A stretch of DNA of 52,740 nucleotides from Armatimonadota bacterium. GTDB taxonomy: Bacteria; Sysuimicrobiota; Sysuimicrobiia; Sysuimicrobiales; Humicultoraceae. The notes under the pieces were generated by a model. That model was not told where the DNA came from and did no database searches. It was given only the letters and a program-made list of their open reading frames with translations. Location: assembly GCA_037446215.1 (NCBI GenBank), contig JBBIJB010000010.1:1-52740 (forward strand). The letters are read 5' to 3'. The translations under genes were made by a program, and so were the position numbers. Positions 44,472-52,740 of this stretch are shown here, piece after piece (within the stretch, counting starts at the first letter, position 1; each line of letters starts with the position of its first letter).

Positions 44472-44500
44472 AGTGTAAGTGCCATCCTGTGCGATAACAA
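44472..44500 (-). promoter_or_regulatory. Candidate promoter TTGTTA-N17-TACACT, placing +1 at or near the ATG at 44466
   Basis: The minus strand reads ccTTGTTAtcgcacaggatggcactTACACTgtcgtATG, with an exact 17-nt spacer. The A of the ATG is the 6th nt after the -10. Confidence 0.35.
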
Positions 44501-44536
44501 GGAGTCCCGCAGGCCTGGTCGAATCCGAAGCTCCGT

Positions 44537-45289
44537 ATGCCGCAACTGCCGATGCTGGCACTGGTCGCGCTGGCAGCCGTCGTCTACTCCTCGATCGGCT
44601 TCGGGGGGGCCTCGGCGTACCTCGCCATCCTCAGCCTCTACGGGGTACCGCACGCCGAGCTGTCAACGAGCGCGCTGGTGCTCAACATCCTCGTGGCGGG
44701 CGTCGCAGCGTTCAACTTCGCGCGCGCCGGCCATCTTTCGGGAAGGGTCACCTGGCCGTTCGTGATCGCCTCCGTCCCCGCGGCCTTCCTGGGAGGGCGG
44801 CTGCCGGTGGGCGCTTCGGTCTACGGCCTGTTGCTCGCGGTCTCGCTCTTCCTGGCCGCGCTGCGGCTGTGGTGGTCCCCGGAGGCATCAGCGGCCGGGG
44901 AGGAGGGCAACAGGCCGGTCGGCTGGTCGCTGGCCCTGGTGGCGGGCGCCGCCATCGGCGTCCTGTCGGGGATAGTCGGCGTGGGCGGCGGGATCTTCCT
45001 GAGCCCCCTGATCATCCTGGCCGGGTGGGCGGGCCCCAGGCGGACCGCGGCCACCGCGGCGGTGTTCATCGTGGTCAACTCGATCGCCGGGCTCGTGGGC
45101 CGCGCGGCGCGCGGCGCGCTCGTCGTCGGCGACCTCGGCCTCCTGATCGCCGTAGCCTTCGCCGGGGGCGTCGTTGGGTCGAGGCTCGGAGCACGGAGGC
45201 TCCTGCCGGTGCACCTGCGGCGGGTGCTCGCGCTGATCCTGCTCACGGTGGCCTACCGCAACTTCAGGCTCTGGCTCGGGGCGCTCTAG
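44537..45289 (+). CDS. TauE/SafE-family sulfite/anion exporter
   Basis: 250-aa polytopic protein with the internally duplicated pattern [13 protein letters not shown]... / [17 protein letters not shown] typical of TauE/SafE (DUF81). Confidence 0.85.
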   Translation: MPQLPMLALVALAAVVYSSIGFGGASAYLAILSLYGVPHAELSTSALVLNILVAGVAAFNFARAGHLSGRVTWPFVIASVPAAFLGGRLPVGASVYGLLLAVSLFLAALRLWWSPEASAAGEEGNRPVGWSLALVAGAAIGVLSGIVGVGGGIFLSPLIILAGWAGPRRTAATAAVFIVVNSIAGLVGRAARGALVVGDLGLLIAVAFAGGVVGSRLGARRLLPVHLRRVLALILLTVAYRNFRLWLGAL

Positions 45290-45308
45290 CGCGCGGCCAG
45301 GTAGTCTG

Positions 45309-45331
45309 ACATTCCCCGCCTCGGGGAATGT
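45309..45331 (+). terminator. Stem-loop: perfect 10-bp stem ACATTCCCCG / CGGGGAATGT, 3-nt loop, followed by TCATT
   Basis: Lies 19 nt after the TauE stop. Base pairing verified position by position (45309-45318 with 45322-45331). The U-tract is weak. Confidence 0.5.
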
Positions 45332-45361
45332 TCATTGGAGAATACCCTCAGGTGGATGCCC

Positions 45362-46849
45362 ATGAAGCTTGGAGAGATCCTTGTGGAACTGGGAGTCGTG
45401 TCCTCCGACCGGATTGAGGAGGCGCTCCGGCTACAGCGCGAGGCAGGGGGCAGGCTCGGGGAGATCCTCACCAGCCAAGGGTGGGTGCTCGAGGACGACG
45501 TCTGCTGGGCGCTCAGCAACCAGCTCGGACATCCCTACGTCTTCCTGACACCCGAGATCATAGATGTGACGGCGGTCAGGGCGGTTCCCGAGGAGCTGCT
45601 GCGCGCCCACCTCGTGGTTCCGATCCTCATGTCGGAGGGCGAGCTGACCCTCGGAATGGCCGACCCCACCGACGAAGTCGCCGTGGAGACGATAGGCGGC
45701 TACACCGGCATGCAGGTCAGGCGGGCGCTAGCGCGGGGCTCCAACATATCAGCGATCCTCGACCACGCCTTCTCGCAGGCGCCGCCCGAGCCCGAGATCG
45801 CAGACGACCGGGAGCCCGGAGGGCGGCAGCTGGTGAGGTTCCACCTTGTCCAGGCGGCGCAGCAGGGAGCGACCGCGGTCTACCTCGATCCGGGAAGCAA
45901 CGGCCGGGCTGCAGTCTCCTACCGGCTGCGGGGGACGGTCGTGGGGCGGCCCAGCGCGGCCCGTGAGGTCTACCTGGACGCGGTCCACTACATCCGCCAG
46001 AAGGCCAGGCTGGACGGCGAGACGGGGAGCGGGCAGTTCGTGTCCAACGTGGCAGGCCCTCCCATGGCCGTGGGCATCTCGCTGGTGGCCACGTATTTCG
46101 GGACCGCCGTGGCCATGGCGCTGCATCCGGAGAGGCAGCAACCCCCGCCGCCCGAGGCGCTCGGGCTGGCGTTGCCGGCCGGGCTCGAGGAGGCCAAACG
46201 CGGGCTGTACATCGTGGCCTGCTCGGACTCCCACACCAGGCAGACGACCTTGCACAGCCTGCTTCGGCTTAGACCCCAGGGCCGCCTCGTCACCGTCGAA
46301 GGGGCGGTCTACTCCGTCTACCCCCACGCGGCGCAGATCCCGGTCGGTCTGTTCGAGCCCGCCGCCTACGCGGTGGCGATACGAGGCGCGGCGGCGATCG
46401 GCCCGGAGACCCTGCTCATAGACGATCTCCCGGACACGGAGGCCGCGGCGGCGGCACTGGCCGGCGCGAGGAGCGCAGTGGTGCTGGCCGGATGCGCCTG
46501 CGGGAGCGTGCGTGCCATGCTGGCGCGCTACGAGCGCGTGCTCTCCGCCACGGAGGTGACCGGCCTGGTACGGGGGGTCCTGGCGGTGCGGCCGGTGAGG
46601 GCGCTCTGCCCGGCGTGTCGCGGCGAGAGGGGCCCCTCGGGCAGAAGGGGCTGCGACTCCTGCCTCTTCACCGGGTTCGGAGAGGCACACCTGCTCAGCG
46701 AGTACCTGGAGGCCCCGCACTCACTCGGCACTCTTCCCGCCGACGCCTATCCTGTGACGATGCACGCTCAGGCCGAGGCGCTTGTGGCTTCCGGCAAGGT
46801 TTCGCGCGACGAGGTTCTGCAGGCCCTGGAGGGCTACCCGTGGACATAA
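45362..46849 (+). CDS. PilB/GspE-family protein with an intact tandem MshEN (c-di-GMP-binding) N-terminus and a degenerate ATPase core
   Basis: ATG 6 nt after AGGTGG (the track start is TTG 45335). MKLGEILVELGVVSSDRIEEALRLQ-REAGG-RLGEILTSQGWVLEDDVCWALSNQ, then a T2SSE_N-like region. The C-terminal half is colinear with the neighbouring PilT but lacks Walker A, Asp box, Walker B and His box consensus. CPAC...CDSC is retained. Confidence 0.8.
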   Translation: MKLGEILVELGVVSSDRIEEALRLQREAGGRLGEILTSQGWVLEDDVCWALSNQLGHPYVFLTPEIIDVTAVRAVPEELLRAHLVVPILMSEGELTLGMADPTDEVAVETIGGYTGMQVRRALARGSNISAILDHAFSQAPPEPEIADDREPGGRQLVRFHLVQAAQQGATAVYLDPGSNGRAAVSYRLRGTVVGRPSAAREVYLDAVHYIRQKARLDGETGSGQFVSNVAGPPMAVGISLVATYFGTAVAMALHPERQQPPPPEALGLALPAGLEEAKRGLYIVACSDSHTRQTTLHSLLRLRPQGRLVTVEGAVYSVYPHAAQIPVGLFEPAAYAVAIRGAAAIGPETLLIDDLPDTEAAAAALAGARSAVVLAGCACGSVRAMLARYERVLSATEVTGLVRGVLAVRPVRALCPACRGERGPSGRRGCDSCLFTGFGEAHLLSEYLEAPHSLGTLPADAYPVTMHAQAEALVASGKVSRDEVLQALEGYPWT

Positions 46850-47937
46850 CAGATCTCCTCGTGATGACCAAGGAGCGAGGGGCCTCCGACCTGCACATCA
46901 CCTCCGGCGCGCCCCCCACCCTCCGAATACACGGTCGCCTGGTGAGACTGGATCACGCGACCTACTCGCGAGAACAGGTCCACACGCTGCTCTACGACAT
47001 CCTTACCGACGAGCAGAAGGCCCGCTTCGAGGAGGCCCACGACCTCGACTTCTCGCTCGAGCTGCTCGGGGTCGGGCGGTTCAGGGTGAACGCGTTCATG
47101 CAGCGCCTGGGCGAGGGGATGGTGATGCGGCTGATCCCCTCCAGGATCCAGACGCTCGACGATCTCGCGATGCCGCCCGTCCTCAAGGACCTCTCCCTGA
47201 AGAGCAAAGGGCTGGTCCTGGTCACCGGCCCGACCGGGTCGGGCAAGTCCACCACGCTGGCCGCGATGGTGGACCATATGAACGAGCACCGCGAGGAGCA
47301 CGTGATAACGATCGAGGACCCGATCGAGTTCGTCCACTCTCCCAGAAGGTGCAACATCAACCAGCGGGAGGTCGGCGCGCACACCCGCTCGTTCGCCGCG
47401 GCGCTCCGGGGCGCGCTGCGCGAGGACCCTGATGTAGTGCTCGTCGGCGAGATGCGCGACCTCGAGACGATCGCCCTTGCCATCACCGCGGCGGAGACCG
47501 GGCACCTCGTGCTCGCAACCCTGCACACCAACAGCGCGGCGCAGACGATAAGCCGCGTGGTGGACGTATTCCCTCCGCACCAGCAGGAGCAGATAAGGGT
47601 GCAGCTCTCCGAGGCTCTCCTGGGGGTCGTAGCGCAGACGCTCATCCCGCGGCTGGACGGAAAGGGGCGCGTCGCCGCCGTCGAGGTGATGGTGGCGACA
47701 CCCGCAATTCGCAACATGGTCCGTGAGAACAAGGTCCACCAGATCCCCTCTGCCATACAGACAGGCGCCAGGGAGGGGATGCAGAGTCTCGACCAGCACC
47801 TGAAGACCCTGGTGAAGCTCGGCAAGGTCTCCCGCGACGAGGCGGTCAGGCGTGCCGTCGAGAAGGAGGCGTTCGGCCAGGAGCGCGCCCTATCCGCCCT
47901 GCGCGGCGAGGCCGGCGGATTCCTGGCGAGGGACTAG
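46840..47937 (+). CDS. pilT: Type IV pilus retraction ATPase PilT
   Basis: The GTG at 46840 gives MDITDLLVMTKERGASDLHITSGAPP, the canonical PilT N-terminus. It overlaps the upstream gene by 10 nt. Walker A GPTGSGKST, EDPIEF, VLVGEMRD, TGHLVLATLHTN and the PilT signature AIRNMVRE. Confidence 0.92.
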   Translation: MDITDLLVMTKERGASDLHITSGAPPTLRIHGRLVRLDHATYSREQVHTLLYDILTDEQKARFEEAHDLDFSLELLGVGRFRVNAFMQRLGEGMVMRLIPSRIQTLDDLAMPPVLKDLSLKSKGLVLVTGPTGSGKSTTLAAMVDHMNEHREEHVITIEDPIEFVHSPRRCNINQREVGAHTRSFAAALRGALREDPDVVLVGEMRDLETIALAITAAETGHLVLATLHTNSAAQTISRVVDVFPPHQQEQIRVQLSEALLGVVAQTLIPRLDGKGRVAAVEVMVATPAIRNMVRENKVHQIPSAIQTGAREGMQSLDQHLKTLVKLGKVSRDEAVRRAVEKEAFGQERALSALRGEAGGFLARD

Positions 47938-47955
47938 CGGGGAGCGCGGCCCGGT

Positions 47956-49023
47956 ATGCGCATAGACGACCTGCTGGAGCACATGGAGGCGCGCGACGCC
48001 TCCGACCTCTACCTGAAGTCCGGCATCCCTCCGATGCTGAGGATCTCGGGAGAGCTTGTGGCGCTCGAAGGGCAACCGCTCGACGACGCTGCCGTAGGGC
48101 GGCTCGCCGACCAGATGATGACCGACAGGCACCGGGCCGACTTCGAGGCGCGCAGCCGCGCCGACATCGCGTACAGCTCGCCTCGGCTCGGCCGCTTCAG
48201 GGCCAACGCCTACATCCAGCGGGGGTCGCCCGCGGTCGTGATCCGGAGGGTGAGGACGCTCATCCCGTCGTTCGAGGAGCTGCGTCTTCCGCCAGTTGTG
48301 AGCTCGCTGGCGTTGCTCCCCCGCGGCCTCGTCCTCGTGGTCGGCCAGACCGGGGCAGGGAAGTCGACGACCCTCGCCGCGATGATCTCCTACCGCAGCC
48401 GCGAGCGAACAGGGCACATCGTCACGATCGAGGATCCGATCGAGTTCGTCTACACGGACGAGCGGAGCATCGTCAGCCAGAGGGAGATCGGCACCGATTC
48501 GGAGTCCTACAGCCTGGCCCTGCGGGACGCGCTGCGACAGGCACCCGACGTGATCATGATCGGCGAGATCCGGGACGAGGAGAGCGCGACCGCCGCGGTT
48601 CACTTCGCCGAGACGGGCCACCTGGTTCTCAGCACCGTCCACGCGACGAACGCCAGCCAGACCCTGGAGCGGATGCTCCACTTCTTCCCGGCCTCCGCCC
48701 ATGACGGAGTCGCGCTGCAGCTCTCGCTCAACCTGAGCGCAATCGTCTCTCAGCGCCTGATCCCTCTCAAGGACGGCCGGGGCCGGGCCGTGGCTGCCGA
48801 GGTGATGCTTGCGACCCCGCGGGTCAGGGAGCTGCTCCGAAAGCAGGACCTGGCGGGCATCCGCGGCGTCATGAGCTCGCCGGCCGGGATCCAAGAAGGG
48901 ATGCAGACCTTTGACCACGCTCTCTTCCGGCTAATCAAGGAGGGCCTGATCGACGTCGACACCGGGCTCGGCGCCGCCGACAGCCCCAGCGACCTTCGGA
49001 TGCGGTTGAAGGGGCTCGTCTAG
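47956..49023 (+). CDS. PilT/PilU-family ATPase paralogue (PilU-like; lacks the AIRNLIRE signature)
   Basis: MRIDDLLEHMEARDASDLYLKSG, Walker A GQTGAGKST, EDPIEF, IMIGEIRD, TGHLVLSTVHATN. The AIRN position reads RVRELLRK. Confidence 0.88.
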   Translation: MRIDDLLEHMEARDASDLYLKSGIPPMLRISGELVALEGQPLDDAAVGRLADQMMTDRHRADFEARSRADIAYSSPRLGRFRANAYIQRGSPAVVIRRVRTLIPSFEELRLPPVVSSLALLPRGLVLVVGQTGAGKSTTLAAMISYRSRERTGHIVTIEDPIEFVYTDERSIVSQREIGTDSESYSLALRDALRQAPDVIMIGEIRDEESATAAVHFAETGHLVLSTVHATNASQTLERMLHFFPASAHDGVALQLSLNLSAIVSQRLIPLKDGRGRAVAAEVMLATPRVRELLRKQDLAGIRGVMSSPAGIQEGMQTFDHALFRLIKEGLIDVDTGLGAADSPSDLRMRLKGLV

Positions 49024-49041
49024 ACGGATCCCGGGATCCGT
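49024..49041. terminator. Perfect 18-bp palindrome ACGGATCCC|GGGATCCGT between convergent stops (bidirectional hairpin candidate)
   Basis: It fills the gap between the pilU-like stop (49021-49023) and the cyclase stop (49041-49043). As RNA it gives a 7-bp stem with a CCGG loop. No U-tract. Confidence 0.4.
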
Positions 49042-50552
49042 CAGGCGGTGGCGGCGACCACCCTGTCGCGCCCCTGCGACTTAGCCCTGTAGAGCGCCGA
49101 GTCGGCCGCCCTCAGCAGCGTCTCGGCGGTGCTGCCGTGATCGGGGAAGGCGGCAACCCCCAGCGAGATGCTGATGCCTCCAAGGGACTGCCCCCTATAG
49201 GGGACATTCAGGCCCTTGGCGGCCATCCGCATCTCCTCTGCCCTCTCCGTCGTCGCCTCCAGCGAGGCCTCGGGGAGGATCACCGCGAACTCCTCGCCGC
49301 CGTAGCGGCAGACGATGTCTTCCCTCCTGAACCTCGTACCCAGCAGGTCTCCGAGGGCTCGCAGCAGCGCGTCGCCCGCCAGGTGGCCGAACGTGTCGTT
49401 GAACTGCTTGAAGTGGTCGAGGTCCAGCATGATGATTCCCACCTGCGCGTGCCGCCTGTCTGCCCTGTGGAGCTCCCTGTCCAGGCTCTCCTCCATGTAG
49501 CGCCGGTTGTAGAGCCCCGTGAGCGGATCGCGTATCGACTGGTGGCGCAGGCTCTCGCGCAGCTTCAGGTTGGCCAGGCTGAGCGCTATCTGCTCGGCCA
49601 CGGAGGCGGCCAGGTTGTGCTCGGCGGCCTGATCGGTGCCGCCCGCCCGCTCAGCCACGGACCTCGGAGGCGAGTGGAGGGTGAGGACCCCGAGTGCCTC
49701 GCCCTGCGCCATCATCGGCACGCACACGTAGCGCCGCGCCGACTGCGGGTCCACGTGCCTGCACAGCGCGCCGCCCTGCTCCTCGCTCACCGAGTGGGTC
49801 CTGCCGCGCCGAAGCGCCCAGCAGTCCTCAGGCGCGAAGATCCGGTCGTCTCCCCCGTGCTCGCCCCAGACGGCCACCGCCTCGAGCAGCTTCTTGGATG
49901 GGTTGAGCAGGCTGACCACACCAGCCCTGCGGCGGAACAACCGGGGCATGCGCTCGGCCAGTACCGCGAACGCCTCCTCTCCCGACTGGCAGCTCTGGAG
50001 CAGATCGACCATCTCGCTGAGGGACTCCATCTCCACCGTGCGCCCCTCGAGCTCCTCGACCAGCGCGGTCAGCCTCTCGTTGGCTATCCTGGACGACTCC
50101 TCGGCCCGCCGCCTGTCCGTTATGTCCTCGATCACGCCCTCGTACCAGGAGATGCGGCCCTGGGCGTCCCGCACCGCCCTGGAGGTGTCACGCGCCCAGA
50201 CGATCTCGCCGTCCCGTTTCTTCAGGCGGAACTCGAAGCCCCGCACCGCGTCACCCGTCGCCACCAGCGCCTGCCACCTGGCCCGATCTGCCGGGTCCTC
50301 GTAGAGGCCGTCAACGCTGCCCACGCTCAGGAGGGAGTCGAGGCTCTCGAAGCCCAGCAGGCCCGCCAGGGCCGCGTTGGCGTCCAGCAGGCGCCCGGAC
50401 GGCGTCGATACGTAGACGCCGATGGGGATCCTGTCGAAGAGGCGGCGGAGGTTGGAGGCCTCTCCGGGCGACCAGGTTATCGCCTCCGGGGCTCCCGCTG
50501 TCCCACCGGACGCCTGGGTTGCCCTTGGCTTCTTCTTACCCATCGCGCACAC
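49041..50552 (-). CDS. PAS-GAF-GGDEF diguanylate cyclase
   Basis: PAS domain ([27 protein letters not shown]...[18 protein letters not shown]), a GAF-like middle region, and GGDEF with an intact active site ([12 protein letters not shown]...[11 protein letters not shown]...[11 protein letters not shown]). Start is GTG 50552 or ATG 50543. Confidence 0.9.
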   Translation of the reverse strand: MCAMGKKKPRATQASGGTAGAPEAITWSPGEASNLRRLFDRIPIGVYVSTPSGRLLDANAALAGLLGFESLDSLLSVGSVDGLYEDPADRARWQALVATGDAVRGFEFRLKKRDGEIVWARDTSRAVRDAQGRISWYEGVIEDITDRRRAEESSRIANERLTALVEELEGRTVEMESLSEMVDLLQSCQSGEEAFAVLAERMPRLFRRRAGVVSLLNPSKKLLEAVAVWGEHGGDDRIFAPEDCWALRRGRTHSVSEEQGGALCRHVDPQSARRYVCVPMMAQGEALGVLTLHSPPRSVAERAGGTDQAAEHNLAASVAEQIALSLANLKLRESLRHQSIRDPLTGLYNRRYMEESLDRELHRADRRHAQVGIIMLDLDHFKQFNDTFGHLAGDALLRALGDLLGTRFRREDIVCRYGGEEFAVILPEASLEATTERAEEMRMAAKGLNVPYRGQSLGGISISLGVAAFPDHGSTAETLLRAADSALYRAKSQGRDRVVAATA

Positions 50553-50577
50553 CGCTCCCCACCCCCGCCCGCTTGAA

Positions 50578-52740
<2,163 letters not shown>

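Noticed and set aside
44517-44526. GGTCGAATCC, which resembles a tRNA T-loop (GGTTCGAATCC), in the ABC/TauE intergenic region.
   Set aside because: The flanking bases cannot form a T-stem (cctgg versus cgaag). No acceptor or anticodon arms can be drawn in the 70-bp spacer.
49024-49041. ACGGATCCCGGGATCCGT contains BamHI-SmaI-BamHI sites and looks like a synthetic linker or cloning scar.
   Set aside because: It exactly fills the space between two convergent stop codons, and both flanking genes are intact and native-looking in composition. A natural GC-rich bidirectional hairpin is the simpler reading. I cannot exclude an artefact without reads.

Overview
High-GC (about 70% by eye, not computed) bacterial chromosomal segment, densely coding, with frequent GTG/TTG starts, strong GGAGG-type RBSs and many 1-10 nt start/stop overlaps. 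I saw no rRNA, tRNA, CRISPR array, transposase, integrase or recognisable phage or defence genes. In order:

- Sugar-acid-like cluster: SDR 3' end, Ldh2-family dehydrogenase, IclR regulator, PfkB kinase.
- Minus-strand TAXI-TRAP operon: TAXI receptor, DUF1850, fused permease, DUF1844, M20 peptidase.
- REC-PAS-GAF-GAF-HD-GYP protein.
- URO-D-like gene, degenerate histidine phosphatase, beta-helix membrane protein, IMPase and a hypothetical membrane protein.
- Classical menaquinone operon: TetR::MenF fusion, frameshifted menD, menH, menB, menA, MenE::MenG fusion.
- M14 and M24 peptidases, nth, ggt, a long ndk and one orphan hypothetical.
- nrfA-nrfH cytochrome c nitrite reductase.
- Secreted esterase coupled to an AmmeMemoRadiSam-type radical SAM enzyme.
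- Met-rich envelope cluster: PepSY-like protein, SHOCT membrane protein, minimal cupredoxin, OmpR-type regulator, histidine kinase.
- Methyltransferase, bacterioferritin, galK, galT, amidohydrolase, orphan ABC ATPase and a TauE/SafE exporter.
- Pilus-motor module: PilB-like protein, pilT, pilU-like gene and a convergent PAS-GAF-GGDEF cyclase.
- katG, running off the 3' edge.

Strongest candidates for new biology:
1. A PilB/GspE homologue whose ATPase motifs are all degenerate but which keeps a textbook tandem MshEN c-di-GMP-binding motif. It sits directly upstream of intact PilT and PilU paralogues and next to a diguanylate cyclase.
2. A TetR regulator fused in frame to isochorismate synthase. 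It lies behind a consensus-like promoter whose predicted +1 falls on a perfect 18-bp palindrome, suggesting an enzyme-regulator controlling the men operon.
3. The Met-rich PepSY/SHOCT/cupredoxin/two-component cluster, preceded by three TTCAC(A/G) direct repeats at exact 11-bp spacing.

All domain calls come from motif recognition by eye. No database search was run.
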